A DNA stretch of 55,767 nt, filler included, from Stramenopiles sp. TOSAG23-2 (Eukaryota): NCBI GenBank assembly GCA_900128395.1. It is 4 parts of 4 records of this genome, joined end to end, with 100 filler letters (N's around TTAATTAATTAA, not from the genome) between each part and the next. Parts side by side here need not be neighbours in the genome. Positions count along the whole stretch, not along the records: positions 14,044 to 27,973 come from LT649781.1; positions 28,074 to 41,885 come from LT649783.1; 2 more parts are not named here. One strand, written 5' to 3'. Under the pieces are notes generated by a model. That model did no database searches and had not been told where the DNA came from. It saw only the letters and a program-made list of their open reading frames with translations. Numbering within the stretch: the stretch's first letter is position 1; each line of letters starts with the position of its first letter. Below are positions 24,513 to 34,889 of the stretch, in pieces. The translations under genes were made by a program, and so were the position numbers.

Positions 24513-24998
24513 TGACCCGGTTCCCGGTTTATCTGAGAGGACTTTTCTGGCCTATACCCTATATTGATAAATAACCATATTATATAGGTAAATATTTCTA
24601 GTATACAACTACTCCATACTTAGACCAGAGATTTCAACCAGAGGGGAAAAAAACATGTAAATATGATGGGAAGAACGTGGAATGTGTGAAAATATGTTAT
24701 ATGTGATGGATTACTTAAATAGATGTACAACTTCACCATTGTGTCAATTTCACTTTCTGTTGATCATAAAAAATATTCTTTCTATATGTGTATAAAACCA
24801 TCACCATCGTGCCCTTATAACAATGACTCAACTCAATTCATAGATTTTGTTTACTGGTTTGGGGCATCTTCTTGGATTAAAATAAAAGTGTAACAAATTT
24901 AAATTTTCCAAAAATGATTGATTTTTGCGAGATCTAGGAATTATATAATGCACGAGGTTTGATAGTAAAATATGTGTAATTTGTACTTGATAGTATTA
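24513..24998 (-). mobile_element. Second, inverted copy of the 14881-16520 TIR element, without the Copia insert and with a different insert of about 280 bp
   Basis: 24513-24627 is the reverse complement of about 16408-16520. 24908-24940 matches 16381-16413. 24949-24990 matches 14930-14978. Confidence 0.8.
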
Positions 24999-25294
24999 TA
25001 AAATTTTATTAATTATCTATTAAAAATGCACTCTCATACTGTCTACAAACACGAGTAGGTTTCTAATCCGATGATCATGATATGCATATATTAAATATTT
25101 GCGTGAGAGAAAGTATCGTATATCAATTAAATGATTGTAGATTTAAATGAAATATGCATAATATGCATACTGATGTGTGTGTTAATTTTTTTTTATTTTT
25201 TGGCCTCTAAATATATGATTAGTATTATCATACTTCGTAATATATAAAAAAATTTAACCATCATATTTATATATCTGCTGATACATTAAAAAAA

Positions 25295-27598
25295 TTATCT
25301 AGGAGAAGCTGCAATATTACCTCCATCTACTGTATAAATACCACCTGTTGTTTTTTTACTTAAAGCGAGATTTAAAAATGCGCCAGCAACATCATATGCT
25401 AAAACTTCTGTCTTTAAAAGATTACTTGCAAAGTATTCAGACGCGGTTAAGCCACGCGATTTTGCACGTTCCTCAACAAGGCTCATATCAAACAAATTTG
25501 TTCGAATTCGATCAGCATTTACAGCATTTGACCGAATTCCATATTGGCCATATTCAACAGCATACTGTCGCATTAATGCCAACGTAGCTGCTTTTGCAAT
25601 TGCATATGGGCCCAATTGAGGCCCTGGGTTCAAAGGTGCTTTTGAGACATTATAAAGTAAACAACCTCCAGTTGCTTGAGCTTGCATTGCACGAACAACT
25701 GCTGATGTTACCCATTGATGGCCAAGAAAATTGATTTTCAAACTTTTCATCAATTCCTCTGGTGGGCAAGATGCCATACCTGGGGCTGCTTGGACAACAA
25801 CTCCTGCATTTGAAACCAAACAATCAACGCCACCAAATGCAAAAATAGCTTTACGAACGGATAATTCGACTTGTTCCCTGTCCGTAACATCAACAACAGA
25901 CCCGGACACCGCCAATCCCATCTTACTTAAACGATTTATTTGCTCATCAATACGATCTTGACGCACGTCCGCGAGAAAAAGCGCAGCTCCTGCTTTCCCA
26001 AAAGCTTCCGCTGTTGCCAATCCAATACCGGATGCACCACCTGTTACATAAAGGACTTGCCCATCTAATGGCCCAGCTACCTTTGCACCTAACTTTAATT
26101 TACGTTGCTCCAGTTCCCAATATTCACACTCGAATAGGTGCAATTCAGACACAGGTCTATACCCACCTAATGCCATGCAATTTAATATGACCGGGACAGT
26201 ATGCTCATATATATCAGCAGATATATTAACTTCTTTCAAACTTTTGCCAACTGTTACTAAGCCGATACCATCAATAAGTACTACTCTTGGTAGCGGATCT
26301 AATTCAATCTTAGAACCATCATTGTTGCGTAAAAAATACTCGTGGTATTTTGATTCATAATCATCTAAAGCTTTTGCACAAAATTCACCAAGAGCTTCAT
26401 ATGCTTCTTCCTTTGAACCTGAGAAAGATAAGAATGATGCAGCACCAGTTAAGAGCATTGGGAATCCTTTTGTTCTAATGACATGATCAGGAGTTATGGT
26501 GCCAATTTGACTCCACTCGGCGCATTGCGTGCTATGCGTAAACAATTTTACAAGATCGTTTTTTCGCTCACGGATAATCCATGATGTTGCCCCACCACTT
26601 TTCTTTTTGTATGAACCACGCAATGCATTAAATAATCTCGCCTTAAATTGGTCAGGCAAAGTTGTATATTCTGGCGTGTTTATATCGGAACGAAGAGTGA
26701 GCATTTGCGGGATTTTATTTTTACATTTAGAATCTATGTATTCTTGTGCAAGGCGAACGCATTTAATATGCATTTCGTATGATTCTTTCGCCGTATCGCC
26801 CCATGTAAACAAACCATGTTGTAAAAGCACTAAACAATCGACATCTTGGTGGTCTTTGTAATATTTCGCGCACACTAACGCTAAATTGATACCAGGCATG
26901 GCATATGGAACAATTCCAGCTTTGATTCCATGCGATGCAAAAGTTTCTTCAACAGCACGAGCAGATCCAGCTTCACCTAAATCAGCAATCGTCACGATCG
27001 CATCTGCATGAGAATGATCGACAAATTTCGAAGGCAACATTGCATGCAATAAAGCTTCTACGCTGGGGTTTGGAGATGAAGAATCCATCATATGCGTCCT
27101 TAATTCATTTACCATGGCTACGTCGCTTAATTCGTTTAATTTCAGAAGCTCCCTACAATGCGCTGTATTAACTTGTGGAAACCCAACTGGTGGGATTACA
27201 TCCAAGCCGTAGCCACTGCCTTTCACAGCGGTCACCTCAATTTTCTCATTCAGAGCATTCGTTGCTACCATTTTGACACTCGTATTTCCACCACCGTGAA
27301 GAACCAAATTTGGATCCCGGCCAATAAGGTGCGACGTATAACATCTTAACGCTAAGTCTTCCCCCCATTCCTCACCATACATTTCAATGTATTTCGCAGC
27401 TTCCTGTTCTGAATATGGAGTAAATGTTATCGCTGTCTTCGAGTCAGTTGCATTTCTATTCAAGTGACTCGACAACCTCTTTATTCTTCGTTGGGAATCA
27501 GTCAATTTGGTTTCTGAATTGGATATGACATGGGAACAACAACAGTCTACAGGATGATGATGTTGATTATCTTTCATATTTTCTTTTATTAAATCCAT
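25295..27598 (-). CDS. Bifunctional class II aldolase / short-chain dehydrogenase (RhaEW/YuxG-like rhamnulose-1-phosphate aldolase-lactaldehyde dehydrogenase family)
   Basis: LVLHGGGNTSVK, PSVEALLH, DHSHAD, HGLFTWG, TPDHVIRTK, EYWELEQRKL, TGGASGIG, NAG, YAIAK, VDGGN. Confidence 0.92.
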   Translation of the reverse strand: MDLIKENMKDNQHHHPVDCCCSHVISNSETKLTDSQRRIKRLSSHLNRNATDSKTAITFTPYSEQEAAKYIEMYGEEWGEDLALRCYTSHLIGRDPNLVLHGGGNTSVKMVATNALNEKIEVTAVKGSGYGLDVIPPVGFPQVNTAHCRELLKLNELSDVAMVNELRTHMMDSSSPNPSVEALLHAMLPSKFVDHSHADAIVTIADLGEAGSARAVEETFASHGIKAGIVPYAMPGINLALVCAKYYKDHQDVDCLVLLQHGLFTWGDTAKESYEMHIKCVRLAQEYIDSKCKNKIPQMLTLRSDINTPEYTTLPDQFKARLFNALRGSYKKKSGGATSWIIRERKNDLVKLFTHSTQCAEWSQIGTITPDHVIRTKGFPMLLTGAASFLSFSGSKEEAYEALGEFCAKALDDYESKYHEYFLRNNDGSKIELDPLPRVVLIDGIGLVTVGKSLKEVNISADIYEHTVPVILNCMALGGYRPVSELHLFECEYWELEQRKLKLGAKVAGPLDGQVLYVTGGASGIGLATAEAFGKAGAALFLADVRQDRIDEQINRLSKMGLAVSGSVVDVTDREQVELSVRKAIFAFGGVDCLVSNAGVVVQAAPGMASCPPEELMKSLKINFLGHQWVTSAVVRAMQAQATGGCLLYNVSKAPLNPGPQLGPYAIAKAATLALMRQYAVEYGQYGIRSNAVNADRIRTNLFDMSLVEERAKSRGLTASEYFASNLLKTEVLAYDVAGAFLNLALSKKTTGGIYTVDGGNIAASPR

Positions 27599-27792
27599 AT
27601 TTTGTACAATTCAATATTATTTATTATTAAATTATTTAATTTTTTTTAATAACAAAACGAAACAAACCAAAAGAAAAAGAAATAAAACACGGAAATAATT
27701 GTTTATGTAATTAGATGGTACACAATGATAATCTATCCATATATTAATATATGTATGTTTCTTCTATTTGTATTCTGGCTTCTATTTTAGGG

Positions 27793-27973
27793 CCTGTGTT
27801 GTGTGCCTTCTATTTTAGGGCCTCAAGCAATTCAGGGGCCCTGTGATGGTATTTAATGCTAATCGAATATCTCTCTGGCCCCCTGTGTTGTGTGCCTTCT
27901 ATTTTAGGGCCTCAAGCAATTCAGGGGCCCTGTGATGGTATTTAATGCTAATCGAATATCTCTCTGGCCCCCT
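27793..27973. repeat. 89-bp tandem repeat (2 copies, running into the contig end)
   Basis: cctgtgttgtgtgccttctattttagggcctcaagc... starts at 27793 and again at 27882. Confidence 0.9.
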
Positions 27974-28073
27974 NNNNNNNNNNNNNNNNNNNNNNNNNNN
28001 NNNNNNNNNNNNNNNNNTTAATTAATTAANNNNNNNNNNNNNNNNNNNNNNNNNNNNNNNNNNNNNNNNNNNN
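27974..28073. other. Artificial contig linker
   Basis: N-run, TTAATTAATTAA, N-run. Confidence 0.97.
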
Positions 28074-28546
28074 CAAATCGATTTTTCATATTGTAACAAG
28101 TATAAAATACCGAAATGTGCTATATGGACAATTACATGTATAATGTAACAAGACAAACATACCAAATTACACCTATCAAAAAAAATAAATTTCGTTCATA
28201 GGAACAATTTTATAATTCAATATTGTAACAAGCACAAGTTTAGAAATTAACCTTAAATTAAAGCCTATTCCCATGGTAACATTTTTTTTTGGCGTTTTTT
28301 GCATTAATTATGTGAGAGACCCTTTGAAGCGTTGCACTCTGAATAAGTAAAATTCAAATAGATAAAATAATTAAATAAAAATACAAAAAAACATACTAAT
28401 TAATATAAATAAATAAATTAAATAAAATACTTAAAATAATAAAAATCAAATTGATACACCCATGAACGCTTCTGGACAGGGGATTACGTTCTCGTTGGAC
28501 TGTGTTTTTTTGCCAGCCAGCCAGTGTAAATTCCTATTGTCCTTGG

Positions 28547-28761
28547 TTATAAATTTTAAGTTTTGCGTAGGATGCACTAAATTTAACACACAGGACACAC
28601 ACAGGACTATGGTGAACGGGCTTTTTAATATTAATATGTTCGTGCGTTCCGTAAACCGGTACACATAAATAGCGTTAGACACATATATATATATTTATAA
28701 ATTTTAAGTTTTGCGTAGGATGCACTAAATTTAACACACAGGACTATGGTTATGAACGGGC
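28547..28761. repeat. Spaced direct repeat of about 65-75 bp
   Basis: ttataaattttaagttttgcgtaggatgcactaaatttaacacacaggac...gaacgggct occurs twice, with small indels. Confidence 0.9.
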
Positions 28762-29000
28762 TGGCCGATTATTAGGGTTGTTTGGACTTTTTTTTTTTTG
28801 TATGTTTGAAAAAAGTGCTACAATAATTCAAAAATAATTTCATTACATTATAGTCATCCTCACACACCATATGTAGAAGAATATGTAGAAATAATAATCA
28901 TCCATATTATATGTAGAAATACTACTTTCATCCAGATTATCCTTTTCCTCAAAATTCTTCTATATATATATATATCGCCCTCTCGGTCTTATATATAAAC

Positions 29001-30096
29001 ATGGCGACTACTTCTACTACTACTACTAATGTTGATGTAAATCAATTAACAACAAGGTATGTTGGAAAATTAGATGTTTGGAAATTTGGATATGGATCCA
29101 ATATGTCACAAGAATTTTTACGTAATAAAAAAAATTTAAATCCAATAGAATGTAAACAATGTATATTAGAAGGATGGAAAATTAGATGTTTGGAAATTTG
29201 GATATGGATCCAATATGTCACAAGAATTTTTACGTAATAAAAAAAATTTAAATCCAATAGAATGTAAACAATGTATATTAGAAGGATTTGAGCTTTTTTT
29301 TCCAAAAGGAAAAGGAATAGATTTCGTTGAGCCTTCCTTTGCTACCACAAGGCGAAACCCAGATAGTTATGTGCATGGCGTTGCTACTAAATTTTCAATT
29401 AAAGATGCAGAAAGTTTAAATAAACAAGAAGCAGTTGGTCGTGCATATAATCTCGAAGTTGCTAAAGTTTTATTGTATGATGGAAAAACATATATGGACG
29501 TTGAAATTTATGTACAAGCAAAACCATTGAAACCAAATCATCCAGCTGGATGTTGTTCAAAACGCTATCGCAATATATTGGTGAATGGTGCTATTGAAAT
29601 GAAATTGGATCAAACTTGGATTGACAAATTATCGAGTATGCCTATATACAAACCATCGGAAGAGACATTAGCACGGCGTTCATCTTGTATACCACCATTT
29701 GATAAATTGCCTGTTATGACTATAGACCAATTAAAAAAATATAATGGTCAAGCAGATGATTTGGATAAATATCCACATTATATATCTAGTTGTGGTTATA
29801 TATTTCAACATAAAACATTTTTCAAAGTTTATCATGGACGTGATATTACATATAGAAATATTTTACATCGACGTGGAATAAATTTAGATACAAATGATGA
29901 TGGTGGAATTAGTCCATTTCCACGTCTAAGTAAATTAAATGCGGAGGAATTGGAATATTGTTTAATGTATCGGGATCGATTTATTTTTAAATCGGAAGGG
30001 CAAAAACCAATTGCTATCTTGAAAGAATTTTGGGAAGAACAAGATACAGATTTAAAAGGAGTATATGAGAATAATATTTTGTCGAAAATAAATTAA
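29001..30096 (+). CDS. Gamma-glutamylcyclotransferase-like protein with a cytochrome b5-like C-terminal region, frameshifted by a 112-bp tandem duplication
   Basis: VWKFGYGSNM, VHGV, LNKQE, SKRYRNILVNGA motifs. 29063-29174 is duplicated at 29175-29286; removing one copy gives a single ORF. Confidence 0.8.
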
Positions 30097-30290
30097 GTTT
30101 TTTTTATAAAAAATAATAATAAATGATACGTATATATTTATACGTATATCGATATGATACGAACATTTGAATTTAAAAGGAGTATATGAGAATAATATTT
30201 TGTCGAAAATAAATTAAGTTTTTTTTATAAAAAATAATAATAAATGATACGTATATATTTATACGTATATCGATATGATACGAACATTTG
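30051..30290. repeat. 121-bp tandem duplication spanning the stop codon and 3' flank
   Basis: tttaaaaggagtatatgagaataat... starts at 30051 and 30172. Confidence 0.92.
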
Positions 30291-30783
30291 ATACGCGAGT
30301 ATATTAAATTTTATATATTTACGCGAGTATTAAACATATATAATATTTAAAATATATATAAAACATATTTTTAAAAAATATAATATTCTCTTTTTGCTTT
30401 ATATAATAAATTTACATATATATATATATATCTAGTTAGGATAAAGTCTACGACTAACTTAAGCTTTGAAATACGTAGTAATATATATACTTCGTTACGG
30501 AAGTTGTATAAAAATGAACACTCTCTTATTTTTTTTTATTTTTTTTATAAAAAAATTATATGTATCAATACTCTCCTCTCTCTTTTCTTTTATTTCTTTC
30601 ACAAAAATAGTACATTTTACTATTTGTTATAAACACACGCATCTTTCTTCATATGTACGATAATTCTCGCTCATACAAGTGAAAAAATAAATAATACTTC
30701 GTACGAATATTTAAAATATATTACGAATTCGTATATTCAAATATGATATATAAAACTTTCATCTCTGTGTAATCTTTGTATTT

Positions 30784-33700
30784 TTACTTCCTTTGTCGTT
30801 TTGAATTATGTAAGTTAGAACGTCCAGTTGCTGGACGTATTCTAGATTGTTTACTATTATGCAAACGGCTACCGCTACTACTCTCAGGTGCAGTGGATGG
30901 TCTACTATTACCATGACCGGAAACATTTTTTTTTGCCCGTCCAAGTTCCGTTTGATTAACACTTTTAGCAAAACGTAACGAACACATTGTTTCATTGGAT
31001 GATTTTGTAGTTGGTGAGACATTTACTATCATCATTGTTTTACCATTTCCACTTAAGCATCCTTGTAGCATAAACGTTAATTTTGAATTTCTGAATGGAA
31101 CGTGTTTACTTTTTTTAGCCAGTGCATCGAATACATCAACTAAACTGCTTAAACTTTTATTAATTGCCAATGTTTCCTTTAATCTATCACCACTAACTTT
31201 GGAACGATCTAAGCGTTCGCTACCGGCAAGGTCCACAAGGTTTAAACTTCCAATTACTTCCGTTCCACGTTTTTCATTTTGGCCAACTAATTTCAATGTA
31301 AAACAACAATGACTGCGGCTAGAGTTTTTATTCATAGATGTTGCTGCAATAGATTTATTGCGTTGTGCACGAGCTAATAAACCTTCCAATTGATTATAGT
31401 CGTTTAACACTTCTTCATTTAAACCATCAATATTAACACCTGCTTTTGTATGGCGTATTGTGTATTTTTTATTTGGATCTTTTGTACTACTAGCACTAAA
31501 TAAATCGTTCACACTTTCATTGTAAATTTCTAAAAATGACGTTTTGATTGTATATACCCAACCATCATTCTTCATCTTTTCACTAGTGCGCAAAATTTGT
31601 TCCACTGCTCTAGGTATTATACCACGCATTTCTTCATTATCCAGCGATCCTTGCATCGTATGCGTTTTACCACTTCCAGTTTGACCATAGCTAAATATGC
31701 AAACTTGATAACCATCTAATGCACTTTGTATTAAATCACTGACGTCATCAAATACATCTTTATTAGTTGTGGTATCATCAAAAACTTTATCAAAATTGAA
31801 TGCTGCGTTTCCTTTCTTTGGATCGCTTCGTTGCAATGTAACGAATGAAGCATGTTTATCGCATTTGACGGCACCAAATTCATTTGATTCTTCATTTGGT
31901 TCGTTACCAAGCAATGGTCTTACACGTACGGCTACACGTACATTTCCGCGCAATTCTTGTACTAAATTATGCAATTTTCTACGCTCAGCTTCACGGGAAT
32001 AAATCTTATCTTCCAACTCTTTGATCTTTTTCTCCGCTTCAAGCAATTGCACGGCATGTTCTGAAGCTGTACCTAATTGCTTTTTCAATGTCTCGTTTTC
32101 CACTGATAATTTACATATTTTTTCCATTTGTTCCTGTTGGGATGCACCTTGATTTGCAGTAAAAGCAGCTAATTGTGTATCTAATGAATCTTTCTTATCC
32201 GATATCATGGTTAAATTGGTTTTTGTTTCCATTAATTCCTCATTAGCTTTAGTATATTTTTCATTTAATTCTTTATAATCATCTTGATGTCGCTTTACCA
32301 TTTTTGTTTTTTCCACTCGCATTACATTTAATTCAGTTTCAAAAGTTTTGATTTGAAATTCTTGCGTTGTTCGTGTACCTTCGGATGTTGTTAACTTATC
32401 AGTTAAAATTGCTTTTTCCTCACTTAACGTTTGGTTTGTTACTTTCATTTCATTTACATTTTCTTCCAATGCACTTTTCTCTTCTTTCAACGTTGCTATG
32501 TCGGAAACAGCATCTTCGTAATCACGTGTCATTTTTGTCAAATCAGCTTCTGATTTAGCTAATTTTTGTTCCAACTCACGTCGTTCCTCATTTATTTTTG
32601 CTAATTTTTCAGATAATTCTAATTTTTCAATACGAAATTCTTCACATCGTTTCTCACTCATTTGTAATGTTTGTTTTAATCCATCAGTCATGCGATCTGA
32701 TTGCGAATCTTTATCTGATAATCGTTCCCTTAAATGCTCAATTTCGGAGCTCGTTTTTGCTGCATTGATTTCAAGTTTATGCAAGCTTTCTTTTTGATCA
32801 TTGATTTGATTGTTTAATTTTGTAATTTCCTCTTTTGCATATGCTTCTTTCGCTTCTAGAACAGCATAATTTTTATTCGAGTTTTCCAATTCAGTTGTTT
32901 TTGCTGCTATTTCACTTTGTAAGGTTGCAATTTTTTCAGTTAACGAGCAACGCTCAGTTTCAAATTCTTTGCGCAACTTTTCTTGTTGTTGCAACGATTC
33001 TTCTTGAGCATCATTCGCTTTTGAATTGAATTTCTCCTCCATTAACATACATTCCTCCCGTTTAGTTTCTAATTGTTTGGATAAATTAACAATTTTTTCT
33101 TTACTTACAGCATCTTCTTGCTCCATATTTACTAATTTATTTTTAAATGATTCCAAATCTTTTTCCAACTCCGTTATTTTAACATTTAATTGTTCCCGTT
33201 CTACACGGAATTCTTGTTTTTCATTGCTAAAATTGGTATTTTCTTTTGACAATACTTGAATTTTCAAATTCAATGCATTAACTTCTTGTTCCAACGAGCG
33301 TGCTGATGCAGCTAATTTTTCACATTCAACACGTACTTCATGATCTTCATTATTCATTTTCATTTCAATTCGAGATGCATCTTCAATAAATTTTTTCACT
33401 GGACGAATACAATTTGCTCCAGCGGATTTTCTTAAGTCCATCCATGCACTTTTGAACGCATCCGCACGTTTCTTATGATCATATTTACTTCCTTTTGGTA
33501 TGTTAGGAAACTTATTAACTTGCTTACGGAATTCTTCAACGACAGCTAAGGTATCTTGCCCTAAATCATTAATGCTTTCAGTAATTCTACTAGCACCACT
33601 AGCTTTGACACCACTACTGAACTTGCTGCTACTATTAGTCTTAGCACGTGCATTTTTCTTTGTTGATGAAGATGATGGGATACCACTTGCTTTAAGCAAT

Positions 33701-33996
33701 TTCTTCTTTTTAGAACTAGATTTTGCAGATGGTTTTGGTATACGCGATCTTACACCGCCGGTCGGAGTTGCAAGTTTAGATGTAGTAGTCGTATTATTTC
33801 GAATACCTAAACCTTTTTTCCTGATCATATTACCATTTGCACCTTTTGCACGTTTCTCAACAATATTATCAGCATTTTCCTTTTGAATACTTTTCGCACC
33901 ATTTGTAGCAGTGCTTGTTGTTCCATCAAGCGACTTACGTTTTCTATTTGACGTAGTTGATGTAAGCCTTGTAGGATTATGTAACGGGGAATCCAT
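30784..33996 (-). CDS. Kinesin-14 (KIFC1/Ncd/Kar3-type) C-terminal motor protein
   Basis: Basic tail, long coiled coil, neck LHNLVQELRGNVRV, YGQTGSGKT, NSSRSH, LVDLAGSER, HVPFRNSKLT. Confidence 0.95.
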   Translation of the reverse strand: MDSPLHNPTRLTSTTSNRKRKSLDGTTSTATNGAKSIQKENADNIVEKRAKGANGNMIRKKGLGIRNNTTTTSKLATPTGGVRSRIPKPSAKSSSKKKKLLKASGIPSSSSTKKNARAKTNSSSKFSSGVKASGASRITESINDLGQDTLAVVEEFRKQVNKFPNIPKGSKYDHKKRADAFKSAWMDLRKSAGANCIRPVKKFIEDASRIEMKMNNEDHEVRVECEKLAASARSLEQEVNALNLKIQVLSKENTNFSNEKQEFRVEREQLNVKITELEKDLESFKNKLVNMEQEDAVSKEKIVNLSKQLETKREECMLMEEKFNSKANDAQEESLQQQEKLRKEFETERCSLTEKIATLQSEIAAKTTELENSNKNYAVLEAKEAYAKEEITKLNNQINDQKESLHKLEINAAKTSSEIEHLRERLSDKDSQSDRMTDGLKQTLQMSEKRCEEFRIEKLELSEKLAKINEERRELEQKLAKSEADLTKMTRDYEDAVSDIATLKEEKSALEENVNEMKVTNQTLSEEKAILTDKLTTSEGTRTTQEFQIKTFETELNVMRVEKTKMVKRHQDDYKELNEKYTKANEELMETKTNLTMISDKKDSLDTQLAAFTANQGASQQEQMEKICKLSVENETLKKQLGTASEHAVQLLEAEKKIKELEDKIYSREAERRKLHNLVQELRGNVRVAVRVRPLLGNEPNEESNEFGAVKCDKHASFVTLQRSDPKKGNAAFNFDKVFDDTTTNKDVFDDVSDLIQSALDGYQVCIFSYGQTGSGKTHTMQGSLDNEEMRGIIPRAVEQILRTSEKMKNDGWVYTIKTSFLEIYNESVNDLFSASSTKDPNKKYTIRHTKAGVNIDGLNEEVLNDYNQLEGLLARAQRNKSIAATSMNKNSSRSHCCFTLKLVGQNEKRGTEVIGSLNLVDLAGSERLDRSKVSGDRLKETLAINKSLSSLVDVFDALAKKSKHVPFRNSKLTFMLQGCLSGNGKTMMIVNVSPTTKSSNETMCSLRFAKSVNQTELGRAKKNVSGHGNSRPSTAPESSSGSRLHNSKQSRIRPATGRSNLHNSKRQRK

Positions 33997-34889
33997 ATTG
34001 AAAATTTTTGTCACTCGTATTGTATTTTAATAAATGTTTTCTTATATATAAACAAAACAAAAATTCAATAAAAAGAGTATAGAAAGATTGTGTAATTAAT
34101 TTCTTCTACTATAATAGTAATTATTATCGTTTTTAATATGTAACTATTCGAAATTTATACTAACGAATAATATCATGCAAAATCACACACAGACACACAC
34201 AGAGAGATAGATTGATAGAAGAAATACTTTTCTCTTTGTTTTGTCAGTTTGTTTCTTTCTTCTTTGATATATTTCTTTAAACACAGACGTATATATCTAC
34301 TATTGTATATATTGATTCCCGTGATGATATAAATATAATATTTATGTTTAATGCTATTGCTATGCTATGAAATCCTAACGTTTACTTTTTCCAAATGCTG
34401 TGTTTTGTTAAATTTTTAACCGCTCAGATCGTCCCTCAAAAAAAATGCTGCTTCTGTGGATATTTGATCAAAAATATGCTTTCCAGTATACTTTTAGTAT
34501 AAAATATATACCCTATCAGTATTTCCTTTGCTATTCCCATGTAGTTGTCGTTATCGAATTCGTTCTCTCGTTCTCTCAAAGACACGACCCAACAACGACC
34601 GTATCGAAAAACAACTTCTCCTTTTATTACCACACAATATACTGTATGTTGAGGACAAAAAAATAGAAATGGAAAGGAATGAATAGACATGCAGTAACAC
34701 ATCTGTATATATTTTATATATATATATATATGTATGTCTCATAGATAAGGTTATAAGTTACAATAATTCGATCAATATATAAATTATATACAAGTAAAAG
34801 AGTATTATATATATATATATATCAAGATATAATATAACAAAGATACATCTATATACAGAGAGATTAAATAATAATTATTTACGAAAAGA

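Noticed and set aside
28074-28330. Three TGTAACAAG words as transposon subterminal repeats
   Set aside because: Truncated by the contig edge, with no partner terminus; insufficient evidence.
27793-28761. Repeats as a CRISPR array
   Set aside because: Only two copies each, units too long, no unique spacer series, no cas genes, eukaryotic context.
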